Part shown: positions 1-10,964 of the stretch, piece by piece
Position numbering within the stretch: the stretch's first letter is position 1
Layout: each line of letters opens with the position of its first letter
The notes under the pieces: generated by a model
What the model was told of the DNA's origin: nothing
The model's input: only the letters and a program-made list of their open reading frames with translations
The model's database searches: none
Made by a program: the position numbers and the translations under genes
Assembly: GCA_050230475.1 (NCBI GenBank)
Contig: JBFLGF010000100.1
Location: 56,294 to 76,293, forward strand
Direction: 5' to 3'
DNA from: Ancylonema sp.
Lineage: Eukaryota
Length of the DNA stretch: 20,000 nucleotides

Positions 1-192
1 GGGAGAGAGGGAGAGAGGGAGAGAGGGAGAGAGGGAGAGAGGGAGAGAGGGAGAGAGGGAGAGAGGGAGAGAGGGAGAGAGGGAGAGACGGAGAGAGGGG
101 GAGAGGGAGAGAGGGAGAGCGGGAGAGAGGGAGAGGGGGAGAGAGGGAGAGGGAGAGCGGGAGAGAGGGAGAGGGGGAGAGAGGGAGAGAGA
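1..192. repeat. Polypurine tandem repeat, (GGGAGAGA)n
   Basis: Directly visible 8-bp unit GGGAGAGA with a few variants (gagcggg, ggggga). It runs off the window start and probably lies in an intron of the minus-strand DUF2921 gene. Confidence 0.95.
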
Positions 193-240
193 ATCAGTAT
201 CCACCCTGCCGTGTAGAATGCCTTGCTAAAGGATGTTACC

Positions 241-3200
241 CAATCCCTTCAAGATTCCCTGCTGGCTGACACAGAGCAAGACTTCCAGACTCCTTGCAGA
301 GCTCCCAGCCAGTCATGGAACTCCCGTCTACCAGGCTACATTGTCTTCAGGGTGGCATGGGGTTGGAATTGCCAATTTGGAAGAGGGTAGAAAGGAGGCG
401 TACTTGTTCGAAAAGGAGCCCGCTTGAAGTCTATCCTCTGAAAATAGAGGGGGTCTGCCTCTCCCCTCAGGCTCTCTATGCTTCCTTGCAGAGGCGCTCT
501 GAGGTTGATGAGGGGCCAGGGGTAGTGTCGTGGCAGCTGCATGTGCAGTGCCACCTGGCAGTCCTGCTCCTACAAACACCACAGACCACCATCCAGAGCG
601 CACCAAAAGTGAAGCCCTTTTTCTGACTCGTCCTGGGATGCAAACGATAGGTAAAACCCCAAAATATTCGAATGAAAAACAGGACACATGCAAGTACAGA
701 AGTACGCAGTGCTTACACCTGTCCTGTCGCCCTCCCTGTCCCCTACCTCTTCCCCTTCGTTCTTCTTTGATTCCGGAGGCGTCTCTATGGGAGCAAGGCA
801 GCCCCTCATGCACAGCAAACCGGTTCGGACATCGTACACTCCCTCTGCCGTCAACATCTTCATACTGGGCATCCCATCCACCCCCCTGACCCCATCCCGC
901 ACCCCACGCATGTCAATCGAGCGTGCACCTTCTGGTGGCCTTTCTGGTCTACACCCTCCCGCTCCAGCTGCGGTAGAGAGAGGAGGAGCTACTGGGAAAT
1001 AGGCACGGAAGTGAGTGGGAATGGACGGGTGGGAGCGGAGGGGAAGGAAAACTGTGAATATCGTAACCGAATTGGGGAACCCTGCTGCTATCCTTGTGCC
1101 AGTGTATCAAATCCGCAAGCCATCTGGGAAATGCCACCTCCCATCCCACTATATTCTGCTTTCCTTCTTTTCCCCCCCCTCTGATCCCCCTCACCCTTGG
1201 CTCTCCAGAGAAGGGCGCTGCGGCACACGGAAGGAGATTGCCACCGAGGTGACGTCCTCTTTGATGGTGGTCAGGTCATCGTACACGTCTCTGTCTGACG
1301 CCTCCGCTCCAAGCTTCCAATACGGTCCCAACCAATGCAGTTGGGAGAAGCAGATGCCGGAGTCTGCGTTGCCTGCCAGGAACCCCATCTCCAGGTTGGG
1401 GTTCACGCGGTGCAGCCCTGCTAACGTGTCCTCTATGCAGATGGATTCGATTTGGAGATGATTGTTGGACATGTAGTTGGAGTTCAGGGACATGGAGTCC
1501 ATTCCGGCACTATCACCCTGTGAATCCCCGAAATCCGTCTGCTTGTTTGCAGGGGGGAGATTGAGGGATCTTTCTGTCAGAGGTATGGCTAGATGATGGG
1601 ATTGCGTGCGGGAATGAGACAAACAAAAAGGGGCGGCAAGCCAACCAAAGCAGCCTTAAGAGTGGGTGCCATCTATTCCTTTCCGTACAGCACACAGAAA
1701 GACATCCATAAGTAAAGACGAAAAAATGAAACAAATAACTTAGATGTAGCATAGATCAAGCATGTATAGAAAGTATAGCATGAGGCATGTGCTGTGGCAG
1801 ATGGAGATCTTTTGATTACCTCCACTTGTTTTCCCCACAGGTCTTGGAGCCGCCTGGGAAAGGTCCACCCCACCCGTTCAGCAATCCACTCCACAGGGCT
1901 GCCAGACTTGGGTGAGGCAGGGCAATCTGAGGGATACCTTTCCAATATGGTCAGACTCATAGATAGTAGACGTCATATATATTCAAATGATGTCATATAT
2001 ATTCAAATGGGAGCAGCACTTTCTGGCTCCCTTCCAGCGGTGTAACCATGTCAGCAGATACATGTCAGATACATGTCAGCAGATAGGGAATAGATCACAT
2101 CTGCCACATCCCCACTCTTGTTTTTATATACAGGGTAGGACAGGAATGAGGGTCTCACATTCTTCCACGTCCTCCTGCATGCTGAACTTGTACATGAAGT
2201 GTCCGCTCCAGTCACTCACTGAGATACTGGAATCAAGAAAGCAATTCCAAGTGGAAAGTTGTCAAGGGCCGCTTCTGGAAGGTTAACTCAAACATGTAGG
2301 TGGAGCAGGTTTCTATCCAAGTCTGACGTTTGAAGTTATACAGCCCCTGTTGGGGTGTCAAGTCAGGGTCATCCTCAGGGTCATCTCTGTCAGTCTGTTG
2401 GTCTCACTCCTCAGTCAGATTACTTTATCATCTCAATGAGAGAGCAAGTAACATGACGTGTACCAGGAACTACGCAGCCATACCAGCTGTTGTTCGCAAA
2501 CGTGAGTTTAGGATGCACAACTGAGGCATACGATTCTGAACGAGCATGATTGTGGCAACCATTTGCACGTACAGCTTTTGTTGTCGTCTATCTGTGCCAC
2601 TGAAACACATCGTCACATCATCTTTGTTGAAATGTAAATCAACCCCTCAAAGGCTCCATCATGATTGTGGAACTTACCTCCTGAACCCTGATGGTACTAC
2701 AAAGCAAAAAATACATTCGAAATCCATGCAAGAAAAGCCTGAGATCCTTACTTCAAGTAGTGTCGACTTCCATCTGATGTCACTTTCCCTTTGACAACAG
2801 GGTGGTCCACTGACGTGGACAGCACGGACTTGGATGTCTTGATGACCTGAACATGCCACGAGGTCCGGTTATCATCACGGTTGTCAATGGAAGCTCGGGT
2901 GCAAATCGGGTACAGTCACGAAGGAAGATGCTACTCTCCCTAGGCTAGAAGGCAGCGAGAGCAGCAACAACTTACCGGCTTGACTTGAAACAGGAAGTGT
3001 AGCGGGCAGTCGCTGGCTTCGCCCGAGGTTGCTTCCCGGTTACATCCAACAAGACAGGCATTTGGCGCGTACTTGTCTGTCGTTGCTCCCTCTAGAAACA
3101 TAATTCCCACTACAGTATGGGCATTGCTGCCTGCGTAGTCCATCTGCAAAACCGGGGTCCGGCTATCAGATGTCGTCTTCAAATCGTGTACCACGCCCAC

Positions 3201-4243
3201 TACGAGTGCGACTTTTTTGGAATCAACTAACAGCCAGCATTCGTACAGATGCCATCGATCACTTTCGGTTGCAAAGTGCATATTGTGGTACTGTGGTATT
3301 GCGCACGCGTACACTGCGACACCAACAGTTAAACGCATACAGTTTTGGTCTTCCTCAATTCAGTACGTAAAGTTGAAACCAGTAGAAATAAAGAAGATGG
3401 CAGAAAGGCTACGGGCTCTACAAGGTAGGTCTAGTCACCTGTATCTCAGCGCCTAGCTGTCCCAGCTGCTGTACTGGCTGTTTTTGCTTGGGAGAGACCA
3501 GGATTGAGGAGACATTTGAGTTCCCGATGGTCAGCTCCGCTTGGATCCAGGCCACGTCTGCACTTCTCCGCTCCAGAAATTCGAAATTCAAGTTCATCGA
3601 ATGTTGCTCCCCTGTGCCATCCACTTGTCCATATCCTGACATGTAATTCGCAATTCGTTGCCTGGGAAATGACCATTCTGACCCATGCATCCCTGCCACT
3701 TCACCAATCAGATATGATTCGTGGAGTAGTGCCTGATCTTTCAGATTTTTCGGGAGATGCTGGCTGCAGATATCCATGATAGTCTTTGGGCTCGGCAACC
3801 CCATAGGCATCTGCAGCAATGGGAAAGTCAGCGGATGACCTACAGAACTCAGCAGAATTTACATACCAGTCGAATTTCGAGGATTTCCTCAAAACATAGA
3901 GAGTATCCCCCCCAAACGAGATAACCGCAATCTTAAATATTTAAGACATTATATTTCGACATTTCAGACAGGAAATGCGCATACAACTGTATCCGCTTAC
4001 AGGACGTCCACTTCGAACCAAGTCGAAGCTTTGCCAAGAACAGTTTGTGTTTGCACAATGACGAGGCTGAGATAGAATGTGCATTGTGGCATAGTAGGCA
4101 TTGCCTATTTTGTCCACTATACTTACCGAGCCATCCACGCAGTGCGAGCTCATCAAAAGTACAACCGTCAAAAATGCTGACGCTGACAACGAAGCCGCCA
4201 TGCCAGAGGACAGTTTGCTGCTATCCGTGTCGGCCCTACTCAT
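241..4243 (-). CDS. Multi-exon DUF2921-family plant protein (N-terminal extracellular/luminal part; 3' end outside the window)
   Basis: Hand-built, phase-consistent GT-AG exon chain: 4243-4127 (MSRADTD...FLTVVLLMSSHCVDGS, signal-peptide-like, donor GTAAGT), 3810-3439, ~3290-2976, 2846-2752, 2696-2678, 2394-2328, 2218-2159, 1926-1820, 1538-1195, ~1092-717, 569-404, possibly ~327-241. Motifs I recognise from plant DUF2921 proteins: AEGVYDVRTGLLCMRGC, then DCQVALHMQLP...LQGSIESLRGEADPLYFQRIDF. An earlier repeat unit reads NACLVGC...DCPLHFLFQ...VKGKVTS...YL, followed by MYKFSMQEDVEEYC. The acceptors at 3290 and 1092 and the last exon are uncertain. Confidence 0.75.
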
Positions 4244-4622
4244 CGGTACGGGTGATATTTTTATCCACTTCCTCGCTTACAAAAAACAATACGACCATCG
4301 GCTTCGTATGCGGTTTGTATGACTTCGAATGAGCGGGGTAGGCATTAACAGATTGTGCACGAAACGCATCTCAGAAACTATCGTCCTGACAATACAACGA
4401 GCTTTAGTTATGCATCATCCCTAGGGAGACCTGACGAAGGCGATTTTTGGACGGAATGCCAGCGACTGGCAAAGTCGGTTACCGCCAATACAGTCGTACA
4501 GTCTTTCGTACAGCTGGCTGTAAAACTGTACGGTAAACGGTTGCTCCGCGGTTAAATCCGAGAGGGGGATTGGAAGTGGTACGGTTGACCTCTCTGGGCA
4601 AGTTTTCCTGTAATTTTAACCC

Positions 4623-4739
4623 GCTCCCTCGATATAACAACCCTATTTATGAGGACAGCCTGGATATAGGACAGTTGAAAAAAAAAAAAAAAAAAAAAAA
4701 ATTTAAAAAAAAAATCGCCCTCGATATAAATATAACGAC
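4623..4739 (-). mobile_element. Terminal fragment of a pogo/Tigger-like MITE (same family as 11742-19317)
   Basis: gctccctcgatataac...ggaca...gatatagga...atcgccctcgatataaatataacgac aligns with the reverse complement of ~19204-19314 (gctccctcgatgtaaggac...ggacaa...gatataagga...atcgccctcgatataagcataacgac). An A-tract is expanded at 4678-4713. Confidence 0.7.
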
Positions 4740-4840
4740 CAGGGTTGTGAATGTTACACCTTACACTTACACTTACACCGGTACGTAACACGTAACACTA
4801 CGTAGAACGTAGAATCAAGTGCATATTTTACGTTTTTTTG
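4740..4840 (+). mobile_element. Left end of a hAT-like element (CAGGGTTGTGAA); no partner TIR found
   Basis: cagggttgtgaatgttacac...tacgtaacacgt resembles tagggttgtgaattttacat...tacgtaatacgt at 19923. (C/T)AGGG termini are typical of hAT elements. It begins exactly where the pogo-like homology stops. Confidence 0.5.
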
Positions 4841-4920
4841 CATAATCGGTACATTACAACAAAAATTCCCAAGAACGTAATATACTGTAGTTTCCCGTTA
4901 TATAAATGAATAAAATATTA

Positions 4921-4954
4921 ACATACATACAATACATACATACATACATACATA
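4921..4954. repeat. (TACA)n microsatellite
   Basis: acatacatacaatacatacatacatacatacata seen directly. Confidence 0.9.
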
Positions 4955-5636
4955 CGTAATGGCAGGTTGTTTTACAAAATCTATTGTGGTGTCGAGAAAC
5001 CTTTTGTCCGTATACATTGGTATCATGGTTTATTAAGTACACCAATCAACATCACCACTGAGTCCTTGGATTCTTACGCATCAATGACTCAATGTCATAG
5101 TGAAAAGATAATCATGTCCGTTTCTTGCAAAGCTTAAAAAGTGTGTTAGGGAGTGTCCATTGTTACTAACGAATTGTTATTTGCTGAATGTCATGCCGTA
5201 TTTACCTGTATGTGTTAAGCAATAGTCATGTTGTGAGAGCTAGCCGTGAAAACATAGAACTTAAACCAGGCCAAAGACAATGTAACAATCTTTGCAATTT
5301 GCATACCTCTTGCAAAGTACCTCGTGCATACCTTTGCCTATTTGCATTCATGTGTTGAAATTTATGGTGGTTCGTATGATGCAAGCGTGTGCTCATTTAG
5401 TGGTCCATAACAAGCTTGAGTCCTACGTCAATATTGCCTTGGTTCTATAGACCAAACAATACGCAGTGCGTAACTCACCACAAGCTAGCACCTCAATGCA
5501 ACCGCTCACAATACATCTATAAGCCTGCTAGACCCCTTTGTACAAAATGCACACCATTCTACCCGTTCGTGACCTTCATATACACCCCTATTCAATCGTT
5601 TGCTTTATTCGAAGTAAAGTGGGATCTCGAGCCGTT

Positions 5637-8561
5637 TCACGTCCAAGCCGGTAAGGCAACAACACCAACCAGATGGAGCACACGCAACCCCATGAAAGTC
5701 AAATACAACCCTATGAGCCCAACTCCTAGCGTTCTTGTGAACTTCATCCCATTGTACGGCAAAACCAAAAGCGAGTACACCAACCCCGCCACGAGAAACA
5801 AAATCGTATACGGCAACGTCGGGTCCTTAGGGACATCGAACATAGCCGGGTAGCTCTTCCAACTAGCTATCACAAGCGAGGACCCTATCCCCACCAACGC
5901 ATTGAACATCGGCCCCGCGTAGCATCCCGACCACGCGATTTGCGCCCCGTCCGATCCACCGTTCACGGCCATTGCGAGATTCGCGACCATGTCCCCGATC
6001 GAGTTCCCCCAAGCCAACACCGTGAGGCCCAGGAGGGAGGAATCGATGTTGAGGATCACTCCCACCGCCACCAGGGACGCCACGAGCTCGTTTGCAATGA
6101 CATAGAACCACACCACGCTCATCACGAAGCCGCCCAGCACCCAGGGGAGGGCAAACCGCTTGGGAGGGCCCGAGTCGTCGGTTGCAAAAAACGCGGCGAC
6201 GCCGAAAAGGGCACCCGCGCCACCAAAGTAGAGCAAGAAGTTCCACGCGAGAACGCTTGGGACGAATATGGACCCCAAGAGGAGGGGCGCAAAAGTTGCA
6301 CTTAGGATGGCGTAGGGGCGGGACCACCCTTGTTGCTGGCGGCTGGGGATGGTTATCCGCCGGGGCAACATGATGGGGAAGTCGACCAAGTAGAGCCACG
6401 CGCCCTTCCAACTCCAAAACTTGGGCTGCAGGTCACATAACATAGAGCAACATGACACATCATATACAAGGCGAATTGAGGAGCTCTAGTGTATATCTCT
6501 TCGAAACAACTAGCCAGGATGGTGAATGTAAGACGACTAACACTACATCGACCCATACAGAGAGCAAAAAGTTGAGCATGGCACAACCAGCCCTCGCTCC
6601 TTGCCCCGACCGAATCTCCTCCTTCATTGCATGAAAATATGAACACTTGTATCATGTAATCCGTACATCCACCTAAAATCTGATGCATGTAATAGAGCTG
6701 CTGGCTACCAGGGACGCCTTCAAGCAGCCATGACATGCAGACCGACCCGTAAACTTACAGGTCCCTCTTCTTCCTCCTCCTCGCTCCAACCCCAAAGTGG
6801 GCGCACCTTCCCCTCCCCCACCCCACCCTTCCCACTCCCCGCCCCTGTCCGCGAGTATATGGCCACGTTAGAACTCCACATCCACTGGGGAAGGGAATGG
6901 GGGGCTTCAAAATTCCCGCTACCCCCACCCCCAACCTCGTCTGGACCCAAAAGAGGCTCATACACCCACCCCTCCTCCTCCCCGCCCCCACCCTCTCCTA
7001 GGGCCTGCAGAAGGATGCCGGTGGGGCGCGGACGCGAGCGGTGGATCTCTGAAACGAGTATAGCGCAACCGTAGAAGATGTAGATGGAGAGGAATCCTAG
7101 GGCCCACAGGAGGTGGATCTGGGTGGAGAGAGTGATCACTAGCAGGGCCTGGGAGAGGGGGACGGGAGGGGGGGGGAGCTTGAAGTGAGTACTCAGCAAA
7201 AAGTATGGGAGCAGCACATGCTTTGGTTGACCACACGACTAGAACCTTTAAAACACCAGAACCACAATGAGTGCCTGTAGAGGCTTTGGAAATCAGTCCG
7301 TGTTGTTGGTGAGAAATGCTCCCAGACCCGGTCACCTACTTTCTCGGATGGACCACGCTGTCTGTTGCACTATTCCTAACCAAGGCGCCCCCACAGCGTT
7401 TAGCGATCATGCACACATGCCATGCATCAACCTACTTGCTTCACAGCCCGGCTGGTACGCCCAGGTGCTGAACTCAAAGCCTAAGGACGCTGTCCCCTCA
7501 TCCCAGCCCCACCCTGAACCCTCCTAGTAGTCCTCATCCACACCGAGCTCGACGTCTCTATGACCCTGAACCCCGATTCTGGTCCCACTTCACTTCTGTG
7601 TCACTTGAAGGGGACTGAAAGAGTGTACCAGTAGAGTTATGAGGTAAAACCCAACGTCTCGGAAGTAAGAGTTGCGGTCTACGGGGCCGCTGTTTGGAAT
7701 CCCCGCCACCACCAGACTGACAGCGCCAGCCACCACCATAGACACGAAGGCCCCGGAACCCAGAACGCTGTTGAGGCCGACTTGGCCGTCCCCGGCTCCG
7801 ATGAAGGCTGCTATGCTGCAAGCGAGAGCGGTTACGAGCAGGGAAACGGTTTGCGCGAGTCGCATGTCGCAATAGCAATGGCTGGGAGAAGATTGCATCA
7901 CGTGGTCAAGTCATCATACTCCGTCAATACAGTCATCATACCCCATTTCTATGTAAGCTTTCGACTGCCACTGTTTTATCGCGGGTTGGTATAAACAAGA
8001 CACCGGGCAATCTTACCTGGCAAAGACATCAGGCGCCCCATTCCCCAGCGGTAGCAATGTGACCCCAGCCACAGTGGGAGGAAGATTTAGAAGCTCGGAC
8101 AATTCTTCCAGGGAAGGACAGAAGTAGTCCGCTGCCGTATTTCCGAGGGCGTAAAATAAGGAGAGGATCCACAGGACGAGGATCACGATCCCTAGCACAT
8201 GGAACTTAGCTGAACTGCAGTAGTAATACTGCAAGTACTCTACAAGCGTGCCAGATAGACACCCGGACCTATTCTTCACATATTCGCACTGATTTGCATA
8301 GCCTGCGTGTTGGAGGACGTCACTGCACGACCCCGAGGAAGCATCTAAAGTACCGCCGACCGCCGTACTTGGCGGAAACGTGGAGTTCACTAAGTCTACC
8401 TGTTGCAACAGTCTCCTCTGAGAAGATGCTGATGTCTGAACGGAGGCATCATGACCGGGAGCCGTATAGCTTGTCCAACGTTCTTTGAGGAGGAATATGA
8501 ACGGGATGAGTATTACTAGTCGGATTGCAGATGACCTGAAGGAAACTGGCGCGCGCGCCAT
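5637..8561 (-). CDS. CCX: Cation/calcium exchanger (CaCA superfamily, CCX clade, CCX3/CCX4-like), 636 aa
   Basis: Exons 8561-8017, 7815-7629, 7148-6759 and 6425-5637 have canonical GT-AG junctions and consistent phases (2,0,0), giving 1911 nt including the stop. Alpha-1 repeat [23 protein letters not shown] and alpha-2 repeat LGLTVLAWGNSIGD are the CCX signatures. Also LGNTAADYFCPSLE, SGCYAGPMFN, and the CCX3/4-type loop LPQWMWSSNVAIYS...RPLWGWS. Confidence 0.95.
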
Positions 8562-8878
8562 GCCTACACTAAAGCTGATGTAGAGCTCCGCACTATGTCA
8601 TGCTCGACCTGCCATACGTCGCAGATGCCGTGCTAAGGAAGGAGCCCCTCTTACAGAAATAACGCTTGGCTCTTCTTGATTGCAGTTGTCTGTTTGACAC
8701 CTGTCACCCTGTTGTTACATGGGCCTAGGGTTGGTGACACCGCATTTTCGGCCCGCGGTAGGGGATTTCTACCACGGTACCGTACCAGCCAGAGATAACG
8801 CGCCCAAAAATAATTACCATTTTGCCTGGCGCACCCATTTTTGGCGCGTACTAAATTAATTATGGGTAGTGTTATTGG

Positions 8879-9283
8879 CATAGATGGGTCAGCGCCGCGC
8901 GCAAGATTTGCGCGCGCGTGCCGCCCCTGTGCGCGAGCGCGCGCGTGCGGCGCACGTGCCGCACCGGGACAATTTCTGTAATCGACTGAAATTTGAAGTA
9001 CTGACCATTTTGCACTCTAAGTAGTTCGATATAACGTCTTATGCCCTACATTGAATACTGCCACGTTGTAACCGGTTCACCAAACACATTTCATGAATTT
9101 GGAAACATCCCGGCACCCCTGGGGCGTAGGAAGTACCCCCCCCCCCCCCGGGTAATAATAATATAAGTTTAACGCCTATGGGTCAGCACCGTGCGCGAGA
9201 TTTGCGCACGCGGTGCGGCACGCGTGCGCGAGCGCACGCGTGCGGAACACGTGCGGGACGCGCTCTTTAAAGACCCATCTATG
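8879..9283. mobile_element. 405-bp hAT-type MITE inserted in the left TIR of the MULE
   Basis: Perfect 12-bp TIRs catagatgggtc / gacccatctatg. Perfect 8-bp TSD gttattgg at 8871-8878 and 9284-9291. Removing it restores the MULE TIR. Confidence 0.92.
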
Positions 9284-9459
9284 GTTATTGGCACTCCACC
9301 AAAAACACTATTCGCACTCCAGGCGCAGATTTTACCGGTTTTGCCATTGTCGAACGACAAATATTCGTTGTACGCGAATAATTGACCCGGTGCACGCTAT
9401 GACGAAAATTGTGCATCCCCTTGCAGCGATTTCCGTTGTTAGTGTTCAGCACGTGCGTA

Positions 9460-9717
9460 CCGTACTGGGCACCGTAAATAATTTTTAATTGATTATTGAA
9501 ACCCGAAAGTAATCATTTATATTAATACCTATGAGGTCGGAATCATTAACCAAAAATCATTGATATTAATACCACTTTTGGATTTGTTTTGAATTTGGTA
9601 TGTAGGTTTCAAGAAATCATTGCTAAAAATCATCAATAATAACTACCGGATTCCCGGAATCTTTCTTACAAATCATAAACAAATTTATTCGTTTTGAAAA
9701 AACGGTGCCCAGTAGGG
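9460..9717. mobile_element. 258-bp Tc1/mariner-type MITE inside the MULE
   Basis: 16-bp TIRs with 1 mismatch: ccgtactgggcaccgt and acggtgcccagtaggg. TA on both sides. AT-rich interior with repeated aatcatt. Confidence 0.85.
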
Positions 9718-10709
9718 TATGCCACATAAGCGAAACGACATGAAATGTCTAGTGGCCTCCTCTCCCTCTCGTTTTCGGCCTCCACTGCACCCCGTCTCTG
9801 TCATCGTACCTTTCACTGCTGGCTGCCGTCATCCGAAATACACGATTTGTCCGCTCTTCGCCGATTCAAAATCAAATTGAAAGCGGAAATGTCCGCTGCA
9901 ATTCTAACGTGAATATCTTCAGTTTAAATGTTTACGGCACAAGTTTCTGATATCAGAATGATAAAAATTTTACGACACAGTATTTCAAACAAAAATGCAC
10001 GCGTAGAGTACAATATAATTTTTTCTACTTTTTTTTTTTTTGTTGCTCATACTTACAGCAACCGATCCATCGCAAATTTTATGAAAACGGAGACGCATGC
10101 ACGCGATGCGGATAATTCGTGGGAACGATTCAGCGGGTGAGGGCAGGGCGGAGGGGGCAATGGCGGGCGTGAACCCGCAGTAGCGGGAGATAATGTGTGT
10201 TATATCGGATATTTAGCGGGCAGTCGTGTAGTATCGGGAGAGGCCGTGGGATCCGTGTATTTGTTCGCGTTACAGCGAAACTTTATCAATCGACAGTGGC
10301 AAAACTGTAAAATCTGCGCCTGGAGTACGAATAGTGTTTTTGGTGGAGTGCCAATAACACCACCCATTAATTCTTTTGACCACGCTGACGCACCCTTTCA
10401 TAAATAATAAATAATAAATTAATAAATAATTAAAATCGACGAAAATTTGGCGCAACATTATAATTTAGCAAATATTCTGATCTCCCATCGAAAATTAAAT
10501 TTCAATAACTTATATGTCGAGAGGTGCTTGTAACGAAGAATAGATCCACGCCCCGGTTTCGAGCTGCGGAACCCCGGGCTCGTGTATGGAAAGCGGTCTT
10601 TGGCCCAGTTTGGAAGGTGGTTGGGATTGAGGAGGCCAGAACCCAAGGGTTGAAATCTACTGCATGTCCCTATATAACGGCGCAAGTTGGATTGGATCAT
10701 ATAAATTAA

Positions 10710-10964
10710 GGGAGAGACTGCGGTCACCCCCCAAAGCGACTCCGGGTACCCCCCTCCGACAAGCCCGAAGTCTCTCCATTTTTTCGACTCCACATTGATC
10801 GATAAAAAAATATGATTTTTGTTTAAATTACTATTTTATAGTCCCGTCTACAAAAAAAAAATGTAATTATCAAAAAATGTTTGGAAGCTATGATTTTTTG
10901 AACTTACCTTATTTTAAGGGAAAGATTGCGGGCCAGTCGGAGGGGGGTGCCCGCAGTCTCTCCC
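10710..10964. mobile_element. 255-bp Mutator-type MITE inside the mariner element
   Basis: 23-bp TIRs with 1 mismatch: gggagagactgcggtcacccccc and ggggggtgcccgcagtctctccc. Perfect 9-bp TSD ataaattaa at 10701-10709 and 10965-10973. Confidence 0.9.

Larger units (their letters stand above)
8864..10365. mobile_element. Non-autonomous Mutator-like element (MULE) with ~110-bp TIRs (~829 bp once inserts are removed)
   Basis: The left TIR gggtagtgttattgg[insert]cactccaccaaaaacactattcgcactccaggcgcagattttac...tgtcga matches the reverse complement of ~10253-10365. G termini. 9-bp TSD attaattat (8855-8863) / attaattct (10366-10374). Confidence 0.88.

Noticed and set aside
233..4555. Plus-strand ORFs of 64-148 aa
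   Set aside because: They are antisense shadows of the DUF2921 exons, introns and upstream region, with no recognisable motifs.
4970..4983. tttacaaaatcta as the right TIR of the hAT-like end at 4740
   Set aside because: The match to ttcacaaccctg is poor, and the flanks (ataacgac vs ttgtggtg) give no 8-bp TSD.
5416..8488. Plus-strand and alternative-frame ORFs overlapping CCX (e.g. 5416-5853, 5863-6417, 5940-6305)
   Set aside because: They are explained by the GC-rich codon usage of the real minus-strand CCX frame.
9169..10458. ORFs 9169-9360 (-) and 10195-10407 (+) share the peptide CAWSxNSVFGGVPIT, suggesting paralogous small proteins
   Set aside because: This is only the translation of the two MULE TIRs.
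10510..10700. Minus-strand FWPPQS resembling the Tc1 transposase WPxxSPDLNPIE motif inside the mariner element
   Set aside because: The following residues (QPPSKL) do not continue the motif and no other DDE features are visible. A tBLASTx or HMM search would be needed.
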